The notes under the pieces were generated by a model. That model did no database searches. It had not been told where the DNA came from and worked only from the letters and a program-made list of their open reading frames with translations. 64,000 bases of DNA, taken from contig OZ244845.1 of assembly GCA_965220775.1 (NCBI GenBank), forward strand, positions 1,683,034 to 1,747,033, written 5' to 3'. A program made the translations under genes and the position numbers. The DNA comes from Chloroflexota bacterium (lineage in GTDB: Bacteria; Chloroflexota; UBA6077; FW602-bin22; JBCLEL01). Of this stretch, positions 18,889 to 27,805 are shown piece after piece. Position 1 is the stretch's first letter. Every line of letters starts with the position of its first letter.

Positions 18889-20184
18889 ATGCCTAGTTCA
18901 ACCGAGCTGATTACCCTGGCGCGGCAGCGCTTGAACGCGGGTGATGTCGAGTACGTTGCCCAATGCTGTCGCATCATTCTGAATCATTTGCCGGCCCATA
19001 TACCCGCGCACCTGTTGCTCGCGGAGTGTCTGTCAAGTATCGACGAATATGGGCAGGCCAAGGACCTGTCGCAGAGGGTACTCAGCTCTGTACCGGACAA
19101 CCTCCGGGCTCTTCGTACGCTAGGGTCCGCGATTGTTGAAACCGACGGACTTGGTGCCGCCGAATATGTGTATCAGATCGCGTTCGATAATCACTCGTTC
19201 CATCCCGAGCTACCCGGCGAAATCGAAGATGTCTTGGGAAAGCGACTCACCCTATCGAATATAGGATTGGCTCGACTTAGCCTGAACTCAGGCCAATTCT
19301 TGGACGCCGCCGGGGCGCTCAATCGGGCACTCGCGGTCGATCCGCGGCGCTTGGATGCCCGGGCGCTTCTGGCACTTGCCTATCATCGCGTCGGTGATCG
19401 CTCATCTTCCGAAGCCGTGTGCAAGGATTTGCTTAATGACGCTCCGGATTGTCTGCCCGCCTTGGCAATACTTTTGCACCATCTTATTCTCGACGGTTCC
19501 GGCTCGAATGAGGCGGAGCAGATAGTCTCGCATATTGCTGCCCGTGATCCATCCTACCTGTACGTCAGGGAAATCTTGCCGGCGGAGATCCTGTCTCAGC
19601 TGCCTCGATCGGACATCGAGATCGACCTCTCTTCGGACGACTCGACCGATTCTCATCCATCTCCGCAACTCGAGAACGACGTCCCCAGAGGCTCCGATGG
19701 CGGGGAAACCGATGCCTGGATGTCCAAGATGATCCGCCCGTCGAACGCCGGCGAAACCGCTGCCGGCGTTCCTCCGGCCAATGCTCGATCAGACGAACCC
19801 AATCCGGCTCCGCATACGTCCCCGGCGAGTTCCGAGCGTCCGGGCATCCCGGGGATGTATCTGAAGGTGGCCGCGAAAGCTGATGAACAAGTGACCGGCT
19901 TGACGACGGAAGCAATGCGGCAACATATGGACAAGGCGTTGCGATTCCAGCAGAGCGACAAGTTTGACGAGGCCGTTTCGGAGTACGCCGCGATCTTGCG
20001 CTCGGACCCATCGCTGGCAGGTGAGATAGTAGATAACCTGCGATGGATCGTGTACGCTAAGCCCAATCACATCGCCGCTTTGAAGACGTTGGGAGACGCC
20101 TACATGAGAGTTGGTGATGTCGAAAAGGCGGTCGAGCAATACGATCGCGTGATGAGTCTCCGCGGATCAGGCAGCCGCAATTGA
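18889..20184 (+). CDS. tetratricopeptide-repeat protein
   Basis: 431-aa ORF. TPR-like helical repeats at both ends flank an acidic, Pro-rich low-complexity middle. Confidence 0.7.
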   Translation: MPSSTELITLARQRLNAGDVEYVAQCCRIILNHLPAHIPAHLLLAECLSSIDEYGQAKDLSQRVLSSVPDNLRALRTLGSAIVETDGLGAAEYVYQIAFDNHSFHPELPGEIEDVLGKRLTLSNIGLARLSLNSGQFLDAAGALNRALAVDPRRLDARALLALAYHRVGDRSSSEAVCKDLLNDAPDCLPALAILLHHLILDGSGSNEAEQIVSHIAARDPSYLYVREILPAEILSQLPRSDIEIDLSSDDSTDSHPSPQLENDVPRGSDGGETDAWMSKMIRPSNAGETAAGVPPANARSDEPNPAPHTSPASSERPGIPGMYLKVAAKADEQVTGLTTEAMRQHMDKALRFQQSDKFDEAVSEYAAILRSDPSLAGEIVDNLRWIVYAKPNHIAALKTLGDAYMRVGDVEKAVEQYDRVMSLRGSGSRN

Positions 20185-20215
20185 TCGGAGGATCCTTGTT
20201 GGGTAGCAGGTTCAG

Positions 20216-20671
20216 ATGGAAAAAACTTTAATCATCATAAAACCCGATGGCGTAGAGCGAGGAATGGTCGGCGAGATTATCTCGCGCTTCGAGCGGCGCG
20301 GATTCAGGATCGGCGCTCTCAAGATGGTGAAGGTCGATCGCACGTTGGCGGAACAGCATTACGCCGTTCACCGGGGTAAGTTCTTCTACGATGACCTCGT
20401 CAAATATATTTCCTCGTCGCCTGTGATTGTGGCCGTATTGGAAGGTCCAGATGTTATCAAAGCGACCCGCCTTATGGTCGGCGCGACCCGGCCGGCCGAG
20501 GCGGCGCCCGGCACCATTCGCGGCGACCTCGCCGTCTCTACCCTGCGCAATCTGATCCATGCATCCGACGGGATTGAAACAGCAAAGCAAGAGATCGCTC
20601 TGTGGTTCACCAAGGGTGGTGTTCTCGACTACCAGCGCGACATCGACTCGTGGATTTACGAGGCCGACTGA
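20216..20671 (+). CDS. ndk: nucleoside-diphosphate kinase
   Basis: 151-aa ORF with Ndk signatures: MEKTLIIIKPDGVERGMVGEIISRFERRGF and NLIHASD. Confidence 0.95.
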   Translation: MEKTLIIIKPDGVERGMVGEIISRFERRGFRIGALKMVKVDRTLAEQHYAVHRGKFFYDDLVKYISSSPVIVAVLEGPDVIKATRLMVGATRPAEAAPGTIRGDLAVSTLRNLIHASDGIETAKQEIALWFTKGGVLDYQRDIDSWIYEAD

Positions 20672-20692
20672 CTCAGGCTATCTATCCGGGCG

Positions 20693-21901
20693 TCAGGCTC
20701 CGAACTTCTTCAACCTCATGGCGTGAGCCAACACCAACGCCATAATCGTTCTCGCAGGAAAGACGCCGAGGCCGCCGCCGGCGCAGGCCCGCTCACCGAA
20801 CCTCGTAGTCTCATCTGGCATCGCCACCGGCGAGGAGAGCAAGAACGGCGTCGGATGCCACGAGTGACTCCCAAGATTCGCCGGCGTGCTGTGGTCGCCG
20901 GTCACCACCAGAACTTGCGGTTTCAACTCGGTAATACGCGGCATTAGCCGGTCCACCTCCTCGATTACCGCAACTTTGCCATCGAAGTCGCCGTCTTCGC
21001 CCCTCGAGTCAGTCGGTTTGACGTGCACGAAGAAGAAGTCGTATTCGCCGTAGGCGCTCGTCAGCGTGTCGAACTCTTCGCCGATCGACTTCCCGGTAGA
21101 AAGAGCGTCCATGCCCACCAGCCGGCCGAGTCCACGGTACATGGGATATGCGGCAATCGCCGCGCATCTTATGCCGTGCGCCTCCGGCAGCGTTGTCAGA
21201 GAAGGGAGCTTGGCAAATCCTCGCAGCAGAATCATATTCGCCGGATATTCGTCAGCCAGCGCGCACCGGGCCTCTTCGATGAACCGGCTGACGATTGAGG
21301 CGGTTGCCTCGGCACTTGGACTATCCGCTCTGGGTTCCAGCGGCGAGACACCAACATGCTGAGGATCGGTATCGGACAATGCCCCCGACAGGTTCTCGCC
21401 CCGGAAAACGACGACCGCCCTGTGCTCGCTTTCCGTTTCCAGGAAGATCTCAACTCCCGGCACCCTGATCGCCCTCAACTTGTCGCACAGCCGGCGGTTC
21501 AGCTCATTTGAGATACGGCCGGCACGACGGTCGGTGACCACGCCTTGGCGATCGATAGTCGCGAAATTGATTCGGGCAGCCAGATCGTCTTTACCCAGCT
21601 CGAAGTCGACGCCGAGAGCCGACAACACGCCTCGTCCCACGTTTTCCGCGATAGGATCGTATCCGAAGAGCGCTAGGTGAGAAGGTCCGCTGCCCGGCGT
21701 GATGCCCGGTCCTACAGTCTGGCTCAAACCGCACATTCCACCCGCCGCCAGTTCGTCCAGGTTAGGCGTATTCGCAAGTTCAAGCTCCGTCAGCCCCTTC
21801 TCTATATGGGGCAGTCCGCCCAACCCATCCAGGACCAACATCACGATTTTCGAATCTGCCGGCTGTTTCAATGCCGGCAACAGCTCAATAGAATCTTGCA
21901 A
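20693..21901 (-). CDS. apgM: cofactor-independent phosphoglycerate mutase, archaeal type
   Basis: 402-aa ORF with the ApgM-family pattern: IVMLVLDGLGG, VVTGDHSTP, HSWHPTPF. TTG start. Confidence 0.88.
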   Translation of the reverse strand: MQDSIELLPALKQPADSKIVMLVLDGLGGLPHIEKGLTELELANTPNLDELAAGGMCGLSQTVGPGITPGSGPSHLALFGYDPIAENVGRGVLSALGVDFELGKDDLAARINFATIDRQGVVTDRRAGRISNELNRRLCDKLRAIRVPGVEIFLETESEHRAVVVFRGENLSGALSDTDPQHVGVSPLEPRADSPSAEATASIVSRFIEEARCALADEYPANMILLRGFAKLPSLTTLPEAHGIRCAAIAAYPMYRGLGRLVGMDALSTGKSIGEEFDTLTSAYGEYDFFFVHVKPTDSRGEDGDFDGKVAVIEEVDRLMPRITELKPQVLVVTGDHSTPANLGSHSWHPTPFLLSSPVAMPDETTRFGERACAGGGLGVFPARTIMALVLAHAMRLKKFGA

Positions 21902-22460
21902 GAGACCGCCTTGGTTGCTTCAGTTCGTTCGATAGATGGGCGTCTATGTCGCTCAGAGTTTGGGCCAGACGTGGGAAAAACACCCAGACCGTGGACGCTC
22001 CGAACAAAGCGCCGGTCGTCACACGCAGCAGCCAGTCGCTTTCGCGCATTCCAAGCATCTGCGATAGGCCATCGATAATCATTGGCGATATCGCTATGAA
22101 ATACAATCTTATGGGCATCGGTCCCAATCGCTCTTGGACGTGTCGATAGACAAGACTCGATGCAAACAACCCGACATAGATGCCTACTTCTCTCTGACAG
22201 ACTGCCAACTGATGGCCGAACAGGAAGAAGCTGCGTTCCGGAATTTGATGGCAGGCCACGCTAAAGCCCACGAATATTGCACGCGCCAACTGATCGTAGC
22301 CGATCGCCGCAAGCGCCGGCGCCAAGAACGGCAGCAGCGAAAAGAGTCCAAAGACCCCAGTCACGGATATTAAGAAAAGTCCAAGCCCGCGCCTAATGAT
22401 AATCGCTGCAAAGGTCAACATTGCCGTCCCGCAAACATTTGCCGCCCCGGCCGGCAGCAA
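21885..22460 (-). CDS. DUF2085-family membrane protein
   Basis: 191-aa polytopic ORF with a CHQIPERSFF motif. 17-bp overlap with apgM. Confidence 0.7.
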   Translation of the reverse strand: MLPAGAANVCGTAMLTFAAIIIRRGLGLFLISVTGVFGLFSLLPFLAPALAAIGYDQLARAIFVGFSVACHQIPERSFFLFGHQLAVCQREVGIYVGLFASSLVYRHVQERLGPMPIRLYFIAISPMIIDGLSQMLGMRESDWLLRVTTGALFGASTVWVFFPRLAQTLSDIDAHLSNELKQPRRSLARFY

Positions 22461-22474
22461 CCTATAATCTTGGC

Positions 22475-22546
22475 GGGCCGCTAGCTCAATGGTAGAGCAA
22501 CGGACTTTTAATCCGCAGGTTCAGGGTTCGATTCCCTGGCGGCCTA
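22475..22546 (+). tRNA. tRNA-Lys (anticodon TTT)
   Basis: Hand-folded cloverleaf. Acceptor gggccgc/gcggcct, D arm gctc-aatggta-gagc, anticodon loop cTTTTaa, T arm caggg-ttcgatt-ccctg. No encoded CCA. Confidence 0.85.
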
Positions 22547-22599
22547 CCGCCATCGACCATTTCCATTATGCACGCCCCGCGCCTATGGTAGCAACGCCG

Positions 22600-22730
22600 G
22601 CCGGCCCAAAGAGGAACCTGTAGCGCTGGGGCTTGTCCCCAGCCAAAGCCCAGCGTCCCCGTAGGGGCGATTCACGAATCGCCCTTGGGTGCGGTAATGG
22701 CAACGCCCGCTGGCCGGCCCCATCCTTGAC
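22600..22730. repeat. palindromic modules (cluster R4)
   Basis: tgtagcGCTGGGGcttgtCCCCAGC followed by cccgtagGGGCGATTCacGAATCGCCC. Confidence 0.8.
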
Positions 22731-23001
22731 CCCCCCATACCGGCATTACCACTTCACACCCCATGGGTTACACTGCAAAAAACAAACAACCACCGCGAAT
22801 CTGCACTGCAGTCACGCGGAGAATCCAACTTGGCCACCGCACGAACAACCGAACCCGGCGACACCGTCACCGGCTACGAGTCCCAGCTTCGGCGGATGGC
22901 CGACGCCTTGCGCGGCAGCCGGCCGAAGCCCGCCGGCTGGATGCGGCCATTGACGCTAATCTGGACAGCTTGGGCTTCATCTCCAATCAGGAGGACGCCG
23001 A

Positions 23002-23642
<641 letters not shown>

Positions 23643-23710
23643 GGACTAGCCCATGGCCACTCACAAAACAGGAACCGAAGGATTTAGTTATTATCGACCC
23701 TAACGACAGA

Positions 23711-23947
23711 TTGCTACGGAGGGTTTTGAGCGGCCGATCAGATGCAAATATACGTTTCGACGACCTTCGCATGCTATTGTTGCGATTGGGATTCGCTGAG
23801 CGAGTACGGGGGAGTCATCACATCTTTAGAAAGGAACACGTACAAGAAAGACTAAACTTGCAGCGTGATGGAAGTCACGCCAAGCCTTATCAGGTGCGAC
23901 AGGTCCGGCGGGTTATCCTGAGAGACCGGCTTGAAGGGGAAGACTAA
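23711..23947 (+). CDS. hicA: HicA-family mRNA interferase toxin
   Basis: 78-aa ORF with a GSHHIFRKE core. The stop overlaps the hicB ATG (TAATG). Confidence 0.8.
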   Translation: MLRRVLSGRSDANIRFDDLRMLLLRLGFAERVRGSHHIFRKEHVQERLNLQRDGSHAKPYQVRQVRRVILRDRLEGED

Positions 23948-24159
23948 TGCACAAATATGAGATCATCATCTATTGGAGCAACGACGACGGCGCATACGTA
24001 GCCGAAGCGCCCGAGCTTCCAGGGTGCATGGCCCACGGCGACACCCAGGAGGCTGCACTTGAGAATATCGGCCAAGCCGTAAATCTGTGGCTTCAAACTG
24101 CACGGGAGTTCGGCGACCCTATCCCGGAACCAAGGGGCGAACGCCTGATACTGACATAG
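23947..24159 (+). CDS. hicB: HicB-family antitoxin
   Basis: 70-aa ORF. YVAEAPELPGCMAHGDTQEAALENIGQAVNLWL is a typical HicB N-domain. Confidence 0.85.
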   Translation: MHKYEIIIYWSNDDGAYVAEAPELPGCMAHGDTQEAALENIGQAVNLWLQTAREFGDPIPEPRGERLILT

Positions 24160-24199
24160 GACCAGCATCCCCCAAGCCGGCCTCGCCTAGCCCACCCGG

Positions 24200-24568
24200 C
24201 TACACCACCAGCCCCGCCCCCCTCGGCCGGCTCTTGCCCCCATGCACCGACGGCTGCGCGCACCACTTAGCCGCCAGCCGGCGCACCCCAACATACGTGT
24301 CCTCGTCGAACTCCAGCAGGTCGCACACCACCCGGCCGTCCAGTAGCGCCCGATTCGGATCCGCGTCCGCCAGGTAGGCCGGCTTCAGTTTCTTGTCCCG
24401 GAACTCCTCAATGAGCGATCGGCCGCCGTAATCAGGATGTCCGGACGCAGCCCGGGGGTGCCCGGCGGTCGTTTGCGTGTTCTCCGATAGCACCTGCCGG
24501 CGGGACAACATGCCCTGCAGCAGGGTGCCCATCGCGTTGTTGGCGCTAGGCTCCGTCTGGTGTGGCAT
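24200..24568 (-). CDS. hypothetical ORF, possibly the out-of-frame remainder of a decayed gene
   Basis: 122-aa ORF with no motif I recognise. A 30-codon ORF (ATG 24669, ATGA overlap with the higA stop) ends just upstream in another frame, which suggests a frameshifted gene. Confidence 0.25.
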   Translation of the reverse strand: MPHQTEPSANNAMGTLLQGMLSRRQVLSENTQTTAGHPRAASGHPDYGGRSLIEEFRDKKLKPAYLADADPNRALLDGRVVCDLLEFDEDTYVGVRRLAAKWCAQPSVHGGKSRPRGAGLVV

Positions 24569-24665
24569 ACTGCTATTCAGCCGCTTTCCCGCCGGCCGGC
24601 GACAGCAGCACCCGTGCAGCGGCCGGTTATGTAACGGTGCCGGACCACCTTCGCGACCTTGTTTT

Positions 24666-24956
24666 TCATCCCGATACCTCGACGAGCGGCTTGATCGCGC
24701 TGGTGTCGGTCGTCGCCCGGGCCCGGTCGAGGTCGTACATCCGCTGAAGGTTCAGCCAGAATTCCGGAGTCATCCCCAGGGCCCGCCCGATTCGCGGTGC
24801 CGTGTCCGCCGTAATGGAGCGCCCGCCCAGGACGATCTGATTGATGCGTCTGGGATGCACACCGATCGCCTTCGCCAGCCGGTGCTGGCTGATGTTCAGC
24901 TCGTCCAGGATCTCCGCCAAGTGTTCTCCAGGATGGATCGGCGCTCCTGTGGTCAT
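24666..24956 (-). CDS. higA: HigA-family (XRE HTH) antitoxin, orphan
   Basis: MTTGAPIHPGEHLAEILDELNISQHRLAKAIGVHPRRINQIVLGGRSITADTAPRIGRALGMTPEFWLNLQ is a classic HigA/VapI sequence. Start set at the internal ATG (GGAG RBS). The 48-codon N-extension in the ORF track reads through repeat DNA. Confidence 0.8.
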   Translation of the reverse strand: MTTGAPIHPGEHLAEILDELNISQHRLAKAIGVHPRRINQIVLGGRSITADTAPRIGRALGMTPEFWLNLQRMYDLDRARATTDTSAIKPLVEVSG

Positions 24957-25400
24957 CGGCTCTCCACCGGCGAAACGTGCCGAATCATAGACCGATGGTC
25001 TATGGCGGAATGAGATAATGTAGCGCGGGGGCTTGTCCCCCGCTGGGGTCGGGGTGGGGCGTGGCAGAATCCGCCGTACCAATTCACTGTACGAAGCCAC
25101 AACTCCGGCTTTTCATACCTTGGTGTGCCGGCGCCAGCCGGGATGAGCGATTGCTATGAGAGCATGTCCGGACTACGATCCGGAATAGACTACCGCCACT
25201 CATTTCGTCATTCCAGCGATCGAAAGCATGCCCCGTACCCCGATGCGGGGTTGGAATCCAGAATGGATGGGAATGGGTAAGACCACCATACGATGGAAAA
25301 AACCGACCCGTCACCCCATTTTCATCCTCTTATGCGACCTTCGCAAGGCCATGGTGATTCCGGCCAAAACATGCCCCGTGCCCCGATACGGGGCCGGCGC
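24957..25400. repeat. intergenic cluster of short palindromic modules (cluster R5)
   Basis: Same unit as in 40.5-40.8 kb and 61.0-61.6 kb, in reverse orientation (tgtagcgcgggggcttgtcccccgc, ttttcataccttggtgtgccggcg..., catgtccggactacgatccgg). Also carries cgtcattccagcg, ccccgtaccccgatgcgggg and attttcatcctcttatgcgaccttcgcaaggccat. Confidence 0.85.
24986..25004 (-). promoter_or_regulatory. perfect palindrome upstream of higA (candidate operator)
   Basis: CATAGACC-gat-GGTCTATG, 30 bp upstream of the higA ATG. Confidence 0.4.
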
Positions 25401-25429
25401 ATTGTTTCACCCGGCTCTACGCTCCTACA

Positions 25430-25825
25430 TCATTCTAAGCGCTCGACTCCAGGACACGTGTCGTAGTCGCGATCGAAGCTTAGGATAGGATTTGTCCCGG
25501 CCCTGCGCATCATGACCACGTGCAAGGCATCTCGTGCGGAAAGGCCGTCCACTGAACCGATGAGCGCTCTGGCGGCACGGACCTCAGACATGCCAAATGT
25601 CAGCATTTCGTCGACAATGGCATCCAAGCTCCTGAAAGCGGGATCGATGGCATCGGGACGCCGAATCGCCGTGTATCTATGAAGTATCTCCTGGTAGACC
25701 TCCGCGTCGGTGACGAATCGCTCTCCGTCGCGCACTAACTAGGTCAATATAGCTAAGTCTCGGTCCTTGTTTGTATGGGCAGCCCCAACGAGGTACATCG
25801 GTACGTTGGAGTCGATGAAGATCAC
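25430..25825 (-). pseudogene. vapC: VapC (PIN-domain) toxin gene interrupted by an in-frame TAG
   Basis: A GTG start overlaps the antitoxin stop (GTGA). Translation VIFIDSNVPMYLVGAAHTNKDRDLAILT*LVRDGERFVTDAEVYQEILH...SARDALHVVMMRRAGTNPILSFDRDYD spans 132 codon positions (396 nt) with an amber codon at 25741-25739. Confidence 0.7.
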
Positions 25826-26067
25826 GGCGGACGTCCCCCTGATTCGATCTCCCGTAGCATCATCTCTATATCGGCTGTTGGAAACTCGTGGCCAGACGCA
25901 TCAGCAATGGCGCGCAGCTTCGTTTCGACCGTTGCCGGGTCGTCCGCCTTTGCCTTGCGCAACGCTTGTCGGACCCACTCGGCGAGCGTCATTCGCTGCC
26001 GGCGGGCGACAGCCTGAATCTCTGAGTATTCCTCCTCATCTAGGAGGACTTGCAGTCGTTTGGACAT
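25822..26067 (-). CDS. ribbon-helix-helix (CopG/VapB-like) antitoxin
   Basis: 81-aa ORF. MSKRLQVLLDEEEYSEIQAVARRQRMTLAEWVRQAL is a typical RHH N-terminus. Sits immediately upstream of the PIN gene. Confidence 0.75.
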   Translation of the reverse strand: MSKRLQVLLDEEEYSEIQAVARRQRMTLAEWVRQALRKAKADDPATVETKLRAIADASGHEFPTADIEMMLREIESGGRPP

Positions 26068-26154
26068 GCGGACAGTCTAATTGGCTCATAGGCGATTAGT
26101 CAATGACACTCCTGGTTGGTAACCGCTCACGATTTTCGCTGGCAAGTATTGTTA

Positions 26155-26570
26155 GCGATTGGTACGAACCCACGCCCCGTATCCCGATACAAGGCCGGCA
26201 TCCACGATGCCGGCGGACCTTCCATCCACCGCCGGATGGTGGGCCTCCCGGTCCTCTATGTGGCATGACCCAAATGAGGGCGAAGCCCTCAGCACTGGGG
26301 CTCGTCCCCATCCATACACACAGCCGGCAACTCCTCGGATCAACCATCCGACGCCCCCGTAGGTGCGATTCGCGAATCGCCCAGGGGTTGGGGATCACGG
26401 CAAATCTCCACCCGGCCGTCCGCGGTTATTCCGGCCTCTTCACACAAACCAACGGCCCCGGTAGGGACGTCCCTCGTGGGCAGCTCCCCCAACCCCCCGC
26501 GGTGGGTGCCTACCCACCAACCCCTCGTTGTACAATATCCGGCGGAGCCTAGCTCCGCCCGGCCACAATC
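26155..26570. repeat. cluster of short hairpin modules (cluster R6, more divergent)
   Basis: A series of small inverted repeats: ccccgtatcccgatacaagg, GGCATCcacGATGCC, CCATCCaccgccGGATGG, GAGGGCgaaGCCCTC, ctggggctcgtcccca, GGTGCGATTCgcGAATCGCCC, GGTGGGTgcctACCCACC, GGCGGAGcctaGCTCCGCC. Confidence 0.7.
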
Positions 26571-26590
26571 CCAGGCACCAGAGGACACTC

Positions 26591-27412
26591 GTGCGGGAAA
26601 ACCAGGTCAAACGCCTCCTCGCAGCCGGCGAGGTAGTCTGCGGCGCCGGCCTGACCATAATGTCCCCCGCGCTGGTCGAGCTCATAGGCCTCGCCGGCTT
26701 CGACTACGTCATTCTCGACGAGCAACACGGCTGGATGAACCCTGAGAGCGTCGCCGACATTATTCGCGCGTCGGAAAATGCCGGCCTCACCCCAATGGTG
26801 CGAGTCCCAGAGATCCACTCTTCCACTGTCGGCAAGTTCCTCGACTTGGGAGCCCAGGGGGTAGTCTTCCCCAACGTCAACAACGCGGGTGACGCAAAAC
26901 GCGCCGTCGACTCCGTGCGCTACGAGCCATTCGGCACAAGAGGCTCCTGCCCCACCGTGCGCGCGGCGGACTACTCCATGACCGATTGGCTCGAACACTA
27001 CGAAGCCTCCAATCGTGGCATCTTCACACTCCTGCTCATCGAAACCCGCGCCGGCTTCGATAACCTCGAGAGCATTCTCGAAGTTGACGGCATCGATTCG
27101 GTTCTCCTGGGTCCCTTCGACCTGTCGTCGTCGCTCGGCGTTCCCGGGCAAGTGAATCATCCAGAGGTCGTCAGCCGCGTCCGGCGCGCCCAGGACCTCG
27201 TCCAGCGGAGCGGCGTCACCATCTGCTCCTGGAGCCTCGAGTTCGATTCGGTAATTCGAGCCGCTGAAGAAGGCGCCAGGATGTTCTGGCTCTCCGGAAC
27301 CAAGATGCTGGCCGACGCACTCCGCCAGAACATCGACACCGTCCGGCGAGCAACCGACCGCGTGTCTGGCGCCAATCGGCCTGGCCGTCCCGGCTACGCG
27401 CCGCCTCGCTGA
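26591..27412 (+). CDS. HpcH/HpaI-family aldolase
   Basis: VRENQVKRLLAAGEVVCGAGL..., FDYVILDEQHG, and LLIETRAGFDNLESILEVDGIDSVLLGPFDLS are typical of the HpcH/HpaI family. GTG at 26591 is chosen because the longer ORF begins inside repeat DNA. Confidence 0.8.
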   Translation: MRENQVKRLLAAGEVVCGAGLTIMSPALVELIGLAGFDYVILDEQHGWMNPESVADIIRASENAGLTPMVRVPEIHSSTVGKFLDLGAQGVVFPNVNNAGDAKRAVDSVRYEPFGTRGSCPTVRAADYSMTDWLEHYEASNRGIFTLLLIETRAGFDNLESILEVDGIDSVLLGPFDLSSSLGVPGQVNHPEVVSRVRRAQDLVQRSGVTICSWSLEFDSVIRAAEEGARMFWLSGTKMLADALRQNIDTVRRATDRVSGANRPGRPGYAPPR

Positions 27413-27448
27413 GTTCCTGCGCGCTGGCTCCCGGAGTGGTATAATTTA

Positions 27449-27720
27449 AAACAAATGTTCGCAAACGACCGCACCGGCTCTGATTTCGGCATACTTACTG
27501 AACGCCGGTCTGCACCGACTGCCGGAGGGCCCGCGACGAAAAATGGAAAAATGCAAAACAAAATGATGGGTCACGCCTCCGCCGGCCACTTTCGCCGGGA
27601 ACACGGCCATTACAAAAAAGTCGAAATTGCAAAACAAATTGGCCAGGCAATCCAACTGCCGGCCTTTACGAGTTCACACGGGCACGCTGCAAAAAACCTA
27701 AAAATGCAAAACAACAATCC
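27449..27720. repeat. tandem A-rich boxes (AAAAA-N-AAAWTGCAAAACAA) with 76-77 bp spacing
   Basis: TGCAAAACAA at 27552, 27628 and 27705, plus a degenerate box near 27449. GC-rich spacers contain CCGCCGGCC or CTGCCGGCC. Confidence 0.7.
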
Positions 27721-27805
27721 AATCAAGCTAGACACCGAACGAACAGAGGACGGCGTCCGCACCAACGAATGAGACCGCATTAGGACTTATCGGGAGGACA
27801 GGAAA

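Noticed and set aside
24957-25100. N-terminal 48-codon extension of higA in the ORF track (24666..25100)
   Set aside because: The extension is a translation of repeat DNA (RILPRPTPTPAGDKPPRYI recurs in repeat-derived ORFs elsewhere). The internal ATG has a GGAG RBS and gives a canonical-length HigA.
26549-27160. 203-aa minus-strand ORF
   Set aside because: It is antisense to the well-supported HpcH/HpaI aldolase gene.
27455-27772. 105-aa plus-strand ORF between the aldolase and ADH genes
   Set aside because: It spans the A-rich TGCAAAACAA repeat boxes. The Lys/Asn-rich repetitive peptide reflects the DNA repeats.
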